A stretch of 64,000 nucleotides of DNA from Candidatus Altimarinota bacterium (GTDB taxonomy: Bacteria; Patescibacteriota; Gracilibacteria; JBDHUY01), in the NCBI GenBank assembly GCA_039809385.1, contig JBDHUY010000009.1:1-64000 (forward strand). Reading direction: 5' to 3'. The notes beneath the pieces are model-generated. The model did not search any database and had not been told where the DNA came from. It saw nothing but the letters and a program-made list of their open reading frames with translations. Positions 9,069 to 19,554 of this stretch are shown here, in pieces. Every line of letters starts with the position of its first letter. Position 1 is the first letter of the stretch. Position numbers and translations under genes: made by a program.

Positions 9069-9290
9069 GGGAACAAGTATTACGTATGAAGTATTAGGTA
9101 TAAAGTATGGGGAAAATGGATAGGTAGTTTATTTAATTCATCATTCGTAATTCATAAGCCTGTACCTCGTGCCTTGCTGTAAGCTGTCGACTGCCAGCTG
9201 TCAGCTCATTGCCCCCCCTTGTACCGTCACTCTGACTCTGAACGATAGCGAAGAGGAAGAGCCGTTCTCCCCACTCCCAACTCCCCTCTC

Positions 9291-10571
9291 ATGTCTTCCT
9301 CCCTGATCGCTTTGCTGGACTGTAATAATTTTTATGCTTCGTGTGAGCGCGTTTTTGATCCGGCTTTGCGAAACAAACCGGTAATCGTCTTATCCAACAA
9401 CGATGGCTGCGTGATCGCACGTTCTAATGAAGCCAAGAAGCTCGGTATCCCGATGGGAGCGCCGGTGTTTCAGTACCGGGATGTAATACATGCCCATAAA
9501 GTAATAATGCGCTCCAGCAATTTCACACTCTACGGAGACATGTCCAACCGGGTGATGAAAACAATCTACGTGTTTTGCGACAATATCGAGATCTATTCGA
9601 TCGACGAAGCTTTTATTTCGTTGGAAGGATACGATACAGCGACAGCGGTGGAGCGGATGAAAGCGCTCAAAAAAACGATCGAACAGTGGACCGGTATCCC
9701 GGTTTCGGTCGGGATAAGCCAGACCAAGACACTCGCCAAAATTGCCAGCCACAAAGCCAAAAAAGACCCCGATACCGGCGGGGTCTGTCTGTTAGACGCA
9801 GAGGATAAAGAAAAACTCAAAAGTCTGCTAGCCGAGCTTCCCGTAAAAGAGGTCTGGGGAATCGGCTATCGCACGACCCGTTTTCTGGAAAACCGTTATA
9901 TTCGAACGGCTCTCGATCTAGTTGAGAAACCGGACGAGTGGATTCGCAAAAATATGACTATCGCCGGACTCAAGACGGTCTGGGAACTGCGGGGAAAAGC
10001 CTGCTTGAGCTCGCATAACGAGGATACTCATAAATCGATCCTGTGTTCGCGCTCGTTCTCCAAGGCCATTATGAACAAAGCTGAACTTTTCAGTGCCTTG
10101 GCTCAATATCTGGCGCGGGCGTGCGAAAAACTCAGAGACCAGCATTCGGTGGCTCACACAGCGACTATTTTTATTGCCAGCAGTCGTTTTTTAGACGCGC
10201 AAGAAAGATACAGCAACAGCTATACCATCAGCCTCTCGGGAGGTTCGAATGCCCCGCCTGATTTTCTGCTCCCAATGCGGGAAGCCCTGGATCAGATCTA
10301 TAAAAGCGGTTACGGTTACAAGAGAGCCGGCGTGGTGCTGAGCGGCATGGTTCCTGAAAAAGGGCGCCAGATGAGCCTCGTCGACAATGCCGTGGCGCTC
10401 GAGAAAAAAAGAGAAGTTTTGGCCAGTTATGACCGTATAAATCGAAAATTCGGCCGCGGCACACTCCAGTTTGCCTCGCTACTGGGCAAAAACAAACTCA
10501 CCCACCGGGATCCGGAATATACTTCCCCTCGTTACACCACGAAGCTGGAAGAAGTGCTCAAGGTTCGATAG
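9291..10571 (+). CDS. umuC: UmuC Y-family translesion polymerase
   Basis: DCNNFYASCE, LSNNDGCVIARS, YSIDEAF, TKTLAK, QMSLV clamp motif and SPRYTT. Confidence 0.95.
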   Translation: MSSSLIALLDCNNFYASCERVFDPALRNKPVIVLSNNDGCVIARSNEAKKLGIPMGAPVFQYRDVIHAHKVIMRSSNFTLYGDMSNRVMKTIYVFCDNIEIYSIDEAFISLEGYDTATAVERMKALKKTIEQWTGIPVSVGISQTKTLAKIASHKAKKDPDTGGVCLLDAEDKEKLKSLLAELPVKEVWGIGYRTTRFLENRYIRTALDLVEKPDEWIRKNMTIAGLKTVWELRGKACLSSHNEDTHKSILCSRSFSKAIMNKAELFSALAQYLARACEKLRDQHSVAHTATIFIASSRFLDAQERYSNSYTISLSGGSNAPPDFLLPMREALDQIYKSGYGYKRAGVVLSGMVPEKGRQMSLVDNAVALEKKREVLASYDRINRKFGRGTLQFASLLGKNKLTHRDPEYTSPRYTTKLEEVLKVR

Positions 10572-10800
10572 ATTAAGGGAAAGAAGCACGAATCACGAAG
10601 AATGAATCATGGGCTTGCTTTCAAGGCTTATAGATCTTTGATGCTCTTACTTTTGATTCTGAACGAAAATCAATGACCAACCTGGAAAGTCCCCCCTTGG
10701 AGCCTATCGTTGGCCGATATTCTTAACTTTAAACTTCTCATTTCTCCCCGCCTCCATTCATATCATAATTTATCCTTTATAATTCATAATTCTTTACCCT

Positions 10801-11220
10801 ATGTCCTATTTTCTGGCCAAAACCGACCCCGAGACCTATTCTATCACCCAGCTGGAAAAAGAACGCGAAACCAATTGGGACGGAGTACATAATCCCCAGG
10901 CAGTCGCCGCGATCAAAGCATGGCAAGTCAACGACCTAGTGCTGGTCTATCATTCGGGAAAAGAGACCAAACTCATGGGAGTCATGGAAGTCACCGGACC
11001 GGCGGTTCCAGATCCCAGGGACAGCACGAAGCGCAGCTGGTATGCTCCGGTAAAGTTTGTACGAAAGTTTACCGAAAAGGAACAAATATCGCTCTCCGAC
11101 ATAAAGAACAGCGGATTGTTTCAGGATTTCGCGCTGGTACGACAAGGAAGACTCTCGACCATGGCCTGTCCGGAAAATTTCATTATGTGGCTACGGGCGC
11201 AGGGAGTAAATCTGCCATAA
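10801..11220 (+). CDS. EVE domain protein
   Basis: YFLAKTDPETYS, WDGVHN, YHSG and LVRQGRLS. Confidence 0.88.
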   Translation: MSYFLAKTDPETYSITQLEKERETNWDGVHNPQAVAAIKAWQVNDLVLVYHSGKETKLMGVMEVTGPAVPDPRDSTKRSWYAPVKFVRKFTEKEQISLSDIKNSGLFQDFALVRQGRLSTMACPENFIMWLRAQGVNLP

Positions 11221-11310
11221 AGATCGATTATCTCAAGACATGATGATTTTTAAAGAGATACGCTATTTCCATTTGCTATTTATTATCACGCCCGCGAGAT
11301 TTTCTCCGAC

Positions 11311-13050
11311 ATGAAAGATTTCTTACGATATTTGATTCGGTTCGGTGCGCCCCATAAAGTGCGCATTCTTGTCAGTCTGGCAATCCTGATACTCATAACC
11401 CTACTAACCCTGGTAGAGCCCTATCTTTACCAGGTTCTGGTCGATACGTTGATCCGGATATCGGTTCGGGGAAGCGATGAAATTCATCAGTTAATCCATA
11501 TTCTTGCCATATGGGGATTAATAACGATTATATCATCGGGATTATTTGCTTTGTACCGGTATTCAGTCGAGATGGTTTTTCTGGATGTGTATCGTGATTT
11601 TTTTCTTTACTCGTATCAAAGCATTATAGCACTTGACCTCAATAAGCATCTCGAGCAAAAAACCGGAGAAGCAATGAAAAAAATCCATGACGCCATAGAA
11701 AGCATGTTTTCTCTGCCTTTCAACTTGCTCATCAATCATATTCCCGCTTGGTTTCTGGGATTGGCGATCATTCTTACGTCATTTGTTGTTCATTGGCCCA
11801 TGGCGATAATAAGCATATCGCTGGTGCCGTTATACCTGGGAATCTTTCTGTTCGGAGTTTTCAAAACCAATCCTAAGCAGGAACAGGCGGTTGATCATTA
11901 TTATAAGGCTATCGGACGCGGCTCGGATGCGATTATGAATATTGCGGTAGTAAAAAGCTTTGCGCGGGAAGGTTTTGAACATGACCTCTTTCGGCAAAAA
12001 ATGGATTATGCTACCTCTTTTCAGCGTTCCATCAGTCGTTTTTGGGTACTGCTAAGCACGTCGGAATTCATGCTGCGCATTCTGACCCGTTTCATGATCT
12101 TCGCGGGAGGAATTTTCTTCGTACTACAAGGAGATATATCAATTGGTGTCGTAGTCATGTTTCTAGCTTTTTCAAGCTACATATATGGTCCCCTGCAGTC
12201 ACTCGGTCTAACGATACGCGATATTCAGCAACAACTGGTACGGTTTGGGAAGGGACGAGAATTGCTCGAAGCGATACCGCTCATCCGTGACATTCCTAAC
12301 CCTAAAATATTAAACGTCCGCACAGGAAAAATCTGTTTTGCGGATGTTTCATTTTCTTATCATTCACACAAACCGGTATTACGCAATGTTAGTTGCGTCT
12401 TTCCAGCCGGGAAAGTAACCGCATTGGTGGGTCATTCGGGAGCAGGAAAATCGACCATAATCTCACTGATGAACCGTTTTTATACCCCAAAGTCAGGCAT
12501 GATAACGATCGACGAGCAAAATATCGCAGAAGTATCCCAGGAATCGTTACGAGAAAGTATCGGTATGGTCATGCAAGACAATACGATGTTCAATGACACT
12601 ATTTTTAATAATATTCGCTACGGGAACCTTTCCAGTGCCAAAGAAGCAGTTATCGAAGCATCCCGTCAAGCAAATATCCATGACTTCATCATGTCACTCC
12701 CGGATCGGTATGAAACGATTGTCGGAGAGCGCGGGCTCAAACTCTCGGGCGGCGAGAAACAACGGGTAGCCATTGCACGAGCCATTTTGAAAGATCCGCC
12801 TATTTTAGTGCTGGATGAAGCGACCTCGGCACTCGACAGTAAGACCGAACGTAGTATTCAAGAGGCTCTCGAACATCTTATGAAAGATCGTACAACTATT
12901 ATGATTGCACACCGCCTCTCCACGATTCGCAAAGCCGATCAGATCATCGTACTCGATCAAGGCAAGATTGCCGAATGCGGCACACATCAGGAATTAATGG
13001 ACAAAAAGGGGATATACAAGAACTTGGTGGATTTACAAATAAGATTATGA
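11311..13050 (+). CDS. ABC exporter, fused TMD-NBD (MsbA/Atm1-like)
   Basis: TM domain, Walker A GHSGAGKS, LSGGEKQR, LDEATSALD and AHRLST. Confidence 0.92.
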   Translation: MKDFLRYLIRFGAPHKVRILVSLAILILITLLTLVEPYLYQVLVDTLIRISVRGSDEIHQLIHILAIWGLITIISSGLFALYRYSVEMVFLDVYRDFFLYSYQSIIALDLNKHLEQKTGEAMKKIHDAIESMFSLPFNLLINHIPAWFLGLAIILTSFVVHWPMAIISISLVPLYLGIFLFGVFKTNPKQEQAVDHYYKAIGRGSDAIMNIAVVKSFAREGFEHDLFRQKMDYATSFQRSISRFWVLLSTSEFMLRILTRFMIFAGGIFFVLQGDISIGVVVMFLAFSSYIYGPLQSLGLTIRDIQQQLVRFGKGRELLEAIPLIRDIPNPKILNVRTGKICFADVSFSYHSHKPVLRNVSCVFPAGKVTALVGHSGAGKSTIISLMNRFYTPKSGMITIDEQNIAEVSQESLRESIGMVMQDNTMFNDTIFNNIRYGNLSSAKEAVIEASRQANIHDFIMSLPDRYETIVGERGLKLSGGEKQRVAIARAILKDPPILVLDEATSALDSKTERSIQEALEHLMKDRTTIMIAHRLSTIRKADQIIVLDQGKIAECGTHQELMDKKGIYKNLVDLQIRL

Positions 13051-13157
13051 AATAGGAAACGGTCGTAATGCAGAAATCAGTACCCCGTACCACAAAGGGA
13101 AGTAGTTGAGACAGTTATGGGCGCAAAACGGGGAGATAGAGAAGGGAAGGACGCAAA

Positions 13158-14006
13158 CTATATCATTAATTGGTGCGAGTTACTCTTTTTCCAGAGACGG
13201 TTATTTTGATAGTCGAGAAACACGACAGATAAATCATCTGATTCAGACAAATCGGAAGTCAAAATGAATTCATAATAGCCGACAGGACTCGTATTTGATT
13301 TAAGAGAAGCATTCATAGCTGTTTTATAAACTTCCATTCCTTCATGAAATAAGTCTCCTGCCATATTGTTGATAACATTCGGATGATGGTCTCTTATCTG
13401 CATACCTCTATTTATATGTAAAAGGCTGGGACTTCGGACAGATCCTCGCACAACTTGTTGATGGTTACCTGGTGCCATTTCGATCAAGAATTTGCCAGTT
13501 TTCTCATTATCATCATAGATAAACATATTGCCGCTATAATCATTATTAAACATCTCAACAACAACGATATCGTAAGCGTTATACTGTCTTGCGGACATCT
13601 GACTTGCAACTCTATTGGCTATTGTATATGGCTCATCGATTGGAAGATCGAGCAATGAGGGAGGACGAATTACCCGGTGTTGTTTCGGGACAAATGTAAT
13701 ACAAACTTTTTTATGCTTCACACGACCGAGATATTTTTGAGGTTTTTCTATAAAATTGCTTAAAGTTGTTTGTACCGCCATGGGAGCAGGAAGTCCTCTA
13801 GAATCCAGACGCATATAACGATCAGGGGTGCAAGCAACTATTTCACGTAAATCTTCTCCAATTGTTTGTAGAATCCCGTTTCTACATTTGATCGTAAAGT
13901 TTAGCCAGTTATTCATACTGGCATCAACTTTATTTGTAGCTTTCGGAACCTCGCTTGATACGCTTTGAATTTCTTGTTTCTCGATTTTATTCATAAAATA
14001 ATCCAC
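13158..14006 (-). CDS. Hypothetical protein, possible divergent PPDK/PEP-synthase-type ATP-grasp domain
   Basis: 282-aa AT-rich ORF. VVVEM...SGNMF...IEMAPG....VVRG.V resembles PPDK_N. Confidence 0.5.
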   Translation of the reverse strand: MDYFMNKIEKQEIQSVSSEVPKATNKVDASMNNWLNFTIKCRNGILQTIGEDLREIVACTPDRYMRLDSRGLPAPMAVQTTLSNFIEKPQKYLGRVKHKKVCITFVPKQHRVIRPPSLLDLPIDEPYTIANRVASQMSARQYNAYDIVVVEMFNNDYSGNMFIYDDNEKTGKFLIEMAPGNHQQVVRGSVRSPSLLHINRGMQIRDHHPNVINNMAGDLFHEGMEVYKTAMNASLKSNTSPVGYYEFILTSDLSESDDLSVVFLDYQNNRLWKKSNSHQLMI

Positions 14007-14181
14007 AGGTGACAGCTATTATTGTCACTACAATAACACAAACCTAGCGTCAAACAAGTATACTTTTGATTTGTAATAAATTTTATTCTTTTGATCAAAA
14101 AAATAGAAACATTAAGCCCTTTTTACTTGAAAGAGAATATTTCCAACCGGAAAGCTTCGGTCTGTCATAGGCACATACAAA

Positions 14182-14215
14182 CAAAAACGCTTCGTTTTCT
14201 TAGGAAGCGTTTTTG
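14182..14215. terminator. Intrinsic terminator downstream of rplA
   Basis: Inverted repeat CAAAAACGCTTC / GAAGCGTTTTTG. Confidence 0.7.
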
Positions 14216-14246
14216 AAAACAGACTATGTATGGCCGGTCGGTGATA

Positions 14247-14939
14247 CTACACTTTATCCGTCACCACCTGAAGCGACGGCCCCATGGTAGTAGTGACAAA
14301 AATGCTCTTAAGATAGGTGCCTTTAATCGAAGCAGGTTTGGCATCCGTAACAGCACGCAAAAGTGCTTGAGCATTCTCCAGCAGTTTTTCTTTACCGAAC
14401 GAGACTTTGCCAAACGAGCTGTGGACGATTCCTTGTTTGTCGCTTTTAAATTCGATCTTGCCCTTTTTCATTTCTTCGACGGTTTTACCGACTTCGGTAG
14501 TAACAGTTCCGGCTTTAACATTCGGCATCAATCCTTTGGGACCCAAGATCTTGGCTACCTTGGCCAGAGCCTTCATCGTATCCGGAGTCGCCACGGCCAC
14601 ATCGAAACCGACAAAGCCCTTACTGACCTCTTCCATCAGATCTTCCAAGCCAGCTTTCATCGCTCCGGCAGCCAAGGCTTCTTTGACCTTCCCCTCGTCG
14701 ACAAATGCCACGACACGCACCTCTTTTCCGATACCGTGGGGTAGAGAAACCGTGGTACGAATCATCTGGTCGGACTGTTTGGGATCAATACCGAGATTAA
14801 CATGGACTTCGCACGAAGCATCAAACTTGGTAACGGATGTTGCCAAAAGAAGATCCAGTGCTTCGGACAGAGTATAACGTTTGGTTCGGTCGATTTGTTC
14901 GGCCGCTTTGCGGTATTTTTTACCGTGAAGGTACTTCAT
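14247..14939 (-). CDS. rplA: 50S ribosomal protein L1
   Basis: KFDAS.E...LGIDP, LPHG.GK, LGPKGLMPN and TTTMGP. Confidence 0.97.
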   Translation of the reverse strand: MKYLHGKKYRKAAEQIDRTKRYTLSEALDLLLATSVTKFDASCEVHVNLGIDPKQSDQMIRTTVSLPHGIGKEVRVVAFVDEGKVKEALAAGAMKAGLEDLMEEVSKGFVGFDVAVATPDTMKALAKVAKILGPKGLMPNVKAGTVTTEVGKTVEEMKKGKIEFKSDKQGIVHSSFGKVSFGKEKLLENAQALLRAVTDAKPASIKGTYLKSIFVTTTMGPSLQVVTDKV

Positions 14940-14956
14940 AAAAAAACAGGTTAGTG

Positions 14957-14986
14957 GTGGTAGCGTCCCGAGTAGAGGACTCCCAC
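14957..14986 (-). promoter_or_regulatory. Putative L1-binding autoregulatory leader
   Basis: Minus strand reads GUGG-GA-GUCCU-loop-GGGAC-GCUA-CCAC, the GGAG...GCUA internal-loop motif of L1 operators. Confidence 0.65.
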
Positions 14987-15150
14987 GAGATAAAAGTATT
15001 AAGTATCTAGTATTAAGTATTTGGTATGGGGGCCCCTGGCTTTTGACTTTTTAGGACTCCTTCAACTCATTAGTCATTCTGGACTGCTCGTTACTCACTG
15101 ACAACCTCCCCGTCTGCTTTATAGACTTTATAAACTTTATGGACTTTTGA

Positions 15151-15582
15151 CTATCCCATTTCCTCTTCTTTGCGTTTGCGGATAATGCCCCAATGATAGA
15201 GCCACAGAGGACCTCCGACCACCAGTCCGGCAATCCCGGAAGCCAGTTCGCGTTTTATATCGTTGTTTTGTTGTTTCTCCACACGTTCAAGTTCTCGTTT
15301 TTCACAATTCTCGCGTTCCTGGTCGGACATGACCGGAGATGAGATCCCCTTATCTAGCGGAGCAGGTCCAGGATTGCAGATATCGGGCGCATAGTAATAC
15401 GAAAGAGTATCGGCTTGGAAAATATAATGACGAAACACCAGATTAACGATATTGACCGACGACACTACTGTAATCACGATACCGACAAACGAGATCAGAT
15501 AGAGATAGATCAGTTGCAGCACGTGCTGTTTGGAGTAGGGCTTAAGCGGTACGGGTGAAGCAGGTTTTTTAAGCGGTGGCAT
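15151..15582 (-). CDS. Two-TM membrane protein (DUF5671-like)
   Basis: IYLYLISFVG ... IAGLVVGGPLWLYHW, with a Cys pair in the loop. Confidence 0.65.
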   Translation of the reverse strand: MPPLKKPASPVPLKPYSKQHVLQLIYLYLISFVGIVITVVSSVNIVNLVFRHYIFQADTLSYYYAPDICNPGPAPLDKGISSPVMSDQERENCEKRELERVEKQQNNDIKRELASGIAGLVVGGPLWLYHWGIIRKRKEEEMG

Positions 15583-15606
15583 AGGGACAACAAGAAAAAT
15601 AAACGA

Positions 15607-16029
15607 CTACCCCTCGATCTTTACGCCCATATTGCGGGCGGTACCGGCAATAATATGCTTGGCGGCATCGACGTCGAGCGCATTGAGATCGGGTAATTTG
15701 GTCTTGGCAATTTCGGTCAGCTGCGCGTCAGTCAAAGAGCCGACTTTGGCTTTATTAGGGGTACCGGAACCTTTTTCAATTCCCAAAGCTTTTTTGATCA
15801 AGTCGGCGGCGGGCGGCGTTTTTAGAATAAAGGTAAAGGTGCGGTCTTCAAAAATAGTGATTTCTGCGGGAATGACAGTATCCTTGCCTTTGGTCTGATC
15901 GTTAAATTTAGTACAAAATTCCTGAATATTGATACCGTGCGGTCCAAGAGCCGTACCTACGGGTGGCGCAGGTGTAGCTTTGCCGGCCTGAATCTGCAGT
16001 TTTACGACTGTCTTGATTTTTTTAGCCAT
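15607..16029 (-). CDS. rplK: 50S ribosomal protein L11
   Basis: [25 protein letters not shown] and IAGTARNMG. Confidence 0.97.
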   Translation of the reverse strand: MAKKIKTVVKLQIQAGKATPAPPVGTALGPHGINIQEFCTKFNDQTKGKDTVIPAEITIFEDRTFTFILKTPPAADLIKKALGIEKGSGTPNKAKVGSLTDAQLTEIAKTKLPDLNALDVDAAKHIIAGTARNMGVKIEG

Positions 16030-16130
16030 TGCGGTGTGGAATAAGAGATTAAAAGCGAGAATTGTGATCATCTCCCCATGAGAAGCCCGAAAACGGCATG
16101 CGGGAGAATGTTGGTAAACACATTGTTACA

Positions 16131-16781
16131 CTAGTACATATTTTTCAGCTGTTCGAAAATAGACAAAAATGTAGGGTGGTTGGTCTTGGGATATTCGAAT
16201 CCGATAACAACAGTATTGAAACGTATAAGAAGGAAAGTCGTATCGGGGCGGTTGGTATTGTTAACATAGAGGGATTGGGAACCAAAGGTATTGCTCTCGT
16301 TCATGCTCCAGACCGGACTGTTAAGGATAGCGGACTGGATCGCATTTTTGAGATCGTCGTAGGAGTTTGACTGATCCGATTCGTAGAGGATACCGAGCGG
16401 GAAGTCGTCCTGCCGCAGATACCGTTTTACGAGAGGCCCTTTGAGCGTATCGACTTTGAGCGAGAATATCTCTTTCCCGACTTTGGCATCTTCGGCGATC
16501 GCATTGGACAGACCCGCATTTTGCAACACGGCGGAAGTGACAATCCCTACCGTATTGGGGGCGCTATTGACGTTTGTTGGGAGCTCTGTGGCATTCGTAT
16601 TGTCATTCCGGACGGTGGTAAGGGTTATATCCGGCTGATTTATATCACTGGGAACCGATTCGTCCGTTTGGTTGCCGTATAAAGCGGGGTTAAAACGGAC
16701 GTCCAGTAAAACGAGCACAACCGCGACGATGCCAAACAAAACCCAAACGGTATTTTTACGTTGCCGCTCTTCTCTGTCCAT
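16131..16781 (-). CDS. Hypothetical single-pass membrane protein
   Basis: N-terminal TM anchor followed by a Thr/Asn-rich linker. Start taken at MDREER. Confidence 0.7.
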   Translation of the reverse strand: MDREERQRKNTVWVLFGIVAVVLVLLDVRFNPALYGNQTDESVPSDINQPDITLTTVRNDNTNATELPTNVNSAPNTVGIVTSAVLQNAGLSNAIAEDAKVGKEIFSLKVDTLKGPLVKRYLRQDDFPLGILYESDQSNSYDDLKNAIQSAILNSPVWSMNESNTFGSQSLYVNNTNRPDTTFLLIRFNTVVIGFEYPKTNHPTFLSIFEQLKNMY

Positions 16782-16838
16782 ACACTCTGTTTGATAAAGA
16801 ACAAATCGGGAAAACGGTGGCAAAACAGGCTACTGTGA

Positions 16839-17420
16839 CTATTTCTTCTTCACTTGCGTAAAATCGAGCTCGATCGGCGTTTCGCGGCCGAACATCGAGA
16901 TCATGACGCGCAGTTTTCCCTTATCTTCGTCAATCTTGTCGATAAGCCCTTCGTAGTTACTGAACGGACCGTCGGTAATCACGACATTCTCACCGACGCT
17001 GAAATCGATCTTGAATTTCGGTTCTTGTTCGCCCATGCGGCGTTTGATGATTTTGAATTCTTCGGCCGAGACAGGTACCGGCACAGTACCGGATCCGACA
17101 AAACCGGTGACATTGGGTGTATTGCGGACAACGTACCAGGACTTATCCGTAACAGTCATCTCTACCAAGACATATCCCGGAAAGAGTTTCTTCTTTTCAG
17201 TGATCTTTTGACCTTTTTTAATAACGACCTGTGATTCTTTGGGAACAACGACATCGAAAATATAGTCCTGCATATTCATCGTTTCAATACGCTGTTGCAG
17301 GGCTTCGGCCACGGCATCTTCGTAGCCCGAATAAGTATGAATGGCATACCAGTTCCGTCCGGTATTTTTGGGTTGTTTACCCAGCATCAGCTTGGGAGCC
17401 GAATCTTCCGCGTTTACCAT
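16839..17420 (-). CDS. nusG: Transcription termination/antitermination factor NusG
   Basis: WYAIHTYSGYE, FPGYVLV, TPNVTGFVG and KOW motif with FGRETP. Confidence 0.97.
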   Translation of the reverse strand: MVNAEDSAPKLMLGKQPKNTGRNWYAIHTYSGYEDAVAEALQQRIETMNMQDYIFDVVVPKESQVVIKKGQKITEKKKLFPGYVLVEMTVTDKSWYVVRNTPNVTGFVGSGTVPVPVSAEEFKIIKRRMGEQEPKFKIDFSVGENVVITDGPFSNYEGLIDKIDEDKGKLRVMISMFGRETPIELDFTQVKKK

Positions 17421-17614
17421 TATTTTCCGCCTAGATAAAGGAGTAATTTATATCCGGATGCAAAGAGAGCGTCAAACAGGCCGGTAAACAGCCCCATGAC
17501 AGCGGTAAAGACAATAACGATGATCGTCAATTCGATAAGCTGTTTGCGGGTCGGCCACTTGACTTTGAGCAATTCTTCGAAACTGTGCCGGAAGTAGTTG
17601 GTGATTTTTTGCAT
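17420..17614 (-). CDS. secE: Preprotein translocase SecE
   Basis: EELLKVKWPTR plus one TM helix, upstream of nusG. Confidence 0.93.
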   Translation of the reverse strand: MQKITNYFRHSFEELLKVKWPTRKQLIELTIIVIVFTAVMGLFTGLFDALFASGYKLLLYLGGK

Positions 17615-17840
17615 GAAAACTAGTAAATTATGCCCTCTGATTATACGGGAACGCGCAAAAAGTTCAAGGGAAGTTTGAAGAAAGCGATCCTACAAGAACA
17701 AGCTGGACATATAGTACATAAAGTCTATAGGTCAAATGAACTTGATTTTTGATAAGAAAAGGATACATTGCTCTATTATTGAAAAAAACAAGATCTCGAT
17801 TTATAAACGCTTACTATAAATTTTAAAAAATCGTTTTTTT

Positions 17841-18809
17841 ATGGAAGATTATCGAGAAAGATTTCCCGGCTATCGAGACTTTGAAATCGATTCGGCATTC
17901 ACTCTGGTCAATGCTAGGGGTATCTATATTACAGAAAAGGAAGAAGCAATATTCGTTGAAATGCAAAAAAACGTAGATGAAATCGATGAGCAACAGCAGC
18001 CGCAAAAAATAGCAGGAGGGTTTTCCATGTCATTCGAAGATATCCCCTCCGGTTATTTTACAGAAGAGCACAATAAAAAAGAATTTTTCGACTATATCCG
18101 CGTACTGCTTAAAAGACATATACTAGCATATGTATCTGACGCAAATCTTCAGAATCCGGATAGAAAGTCTATTCGTGTGCCTACGGAATCACAATTTCAT
18201 TCTTATTGGCTAACATGCAGGGAACTTGTTAGTAAAGAATTAAAGAAGGCAGACCCGTCGATCATCCTCCTCTTTAGAATAGATGATTTCGTACTACATT
18301 GCGAAAACGAACGGACAGCGGCTGAAGCCATGGTCTTTAATACAAGCAAAGAAGGATACCTGATTTCAGATGATCCCTATTTCCAAATGAAGGCCTTGCC
18401 AATTCAAGAAATCCTTAATTCGGAGCCGATACGGTTAACGCCACAAGATGAAGAAGAATATGAGCGTATGGCTACAAATCTCGTCGCGTTAAAACATGAA
18501 GAGACGTACAAAGAAGAATATGTACAGTTATTGATTCGAAAATACCGAATAGAGCTTATCAAAGCAATATTGACCGTTGTCGACGATATTGAGAAAAACC
18601 CCCAGCAGTATGCCGAAGATTGGCCGGGACTGTTTCCCAATACGCAGCCGCCAAAAGAATATCATTTTCAAGAATTTTGGACCCAATTAGAAATAGAGCA
18701 AGACATCAAAAACAATGAAGAACCGGCAGAAGTATGCCTGGAAGATATTTTGCAATTGATTACGGACAGTATGATTGAAACCCGGGCTGCACTCAACTCT
18801 CTCTACTAG
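17841..18809 (+). CDS. Acidic hypothetical protein
   Basis: 322-aa ORF with a weak internal two-fold repeat (PTESQFHSYW / PKEYHFQEFW). Confidence 0.7.
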   Translation: MEDYRERFPGYRDFEIDSAFTLVNARGIYITEKEEAIFVEMQKNVDEIDEQQQPQKIAGGFSMSFEDIPSGYFTEEHNKKEFFDYIRVLLKRHILAYVSDANLQNPDRKSIRVPTESQFHSYWLTCRELVSKELKKADPSIILLFRIDDFVLHCENERTAAEAMVFNTSKEGYLISDDPYFQMKALPIQEILNSEPIRLTPQDEEEYERMATNLVALKHEETYKEEYVQLLIRKYRIELIKAILTVVDDIEKNPQQYAEDWPGLFPNTQPPKEYHFQEFWTQLEIEQDIKNNEEPAEVCLEDILQLITDSMIETRAALNSLY

Positions 18810-18813
18810 AACA

Positions 18814-19554
18814 TCAGGTAATAATCTCCGCAAACTCGTCGTGCACGATCAAGGTATGTTCAAACTGCGCCGCCAGAGAGCCGTCGCGGGTTTTGATCGT
18901 CCAATTATCGGCATCCGTATAGATATGCCGCTTGCCCATGGTATAAATCGGTTCGATTGCCACTACCATACCAGCAATTAATTCGGGGCCAGTACCGGCT
19001 TTGCCAAAATTGGGAATATACGGATCTTCGTGCAAAGCTCTTCCGATCCCGTGGCCGGTCAATTCCTCCACCACCGTATACCCGGCTGCTTCGAGTTTGT
19101 TTTGAATAAAAGCTCCGATATCACCGATCTTGACGCCCTCGTGTACCGTTTGAATCACTTCAAAAAGTGTATTCTTCCCTACATCCAGAAAGGTCCGAGT
19201 CTCATCCGGTACATTACCGACCGCCACAGTGACGGCGCTGTCGGTAATAAATCCGCGATACTGTACCCCAAAATCGATCCCGAGAATATCTCCATCCTTT
19301 AAAACATAGTTGCGGGGAATCGTATGCACCACTTCGTCATTGACGGAGAGACAAATATTGGCTGGGTAACCGTGAAAGCCTTTGAACGCGCAAGTCGCCT
19401 CATGGCGGCTCGCCAACTGGACCGAAAGTCGGTCGAGCTCAAGTAGGTTACATCCGGGCTGGGCCTGTTTAGCCAATTCTTTCAAGCAGTAACGCAGGAT
19501 TTTGCCCGACTCGCGCATGAGCTGAAGCTCCTGATCGTTTTTAATGCTGATCAT
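18814..19554 (-). CDS. map: Methionine aminopeptidase type I
   Basis: SVNDEVVH, DSAVT, GHGIG..LHEDP, AIEP and AAQFEHT. Confidence 0.96.
   Translation of the reverse strand: MISIKNDQELQLMRESGKILRYCLKELAKQAQPGCNLLELDRLSVQLASRHEATCAFKGFHGYPANICLSVNDEVVHTIPRNYVLKDGDILGIDFGVQYRGFITDSAVTVAVGNVPDETRTFLDVGKNTLFEVIQTVHEGVKIGDIGAFIQNKLEAAGYTVVEELTGHGIGRALHEDPYIPNFGKAGTGPELIAGMVVAIEPIYTMGKRHIYTDADNWTIKTRDGSLAAQFEHTLIVHDEFAEIIT

Noticed and set aside
7690-14006. Large genomic island starting at tRNA-Asp
   Set aside because: There is no integrase, and the only att-like copy I found is 167 bp from the tRNA end, so the downstream genes are not bracketed.
17615-17840. Expected tRNA-Trp or rpmG upstream of secE
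   Set aside because: No cloverleaf or L33-like ORF is visible.
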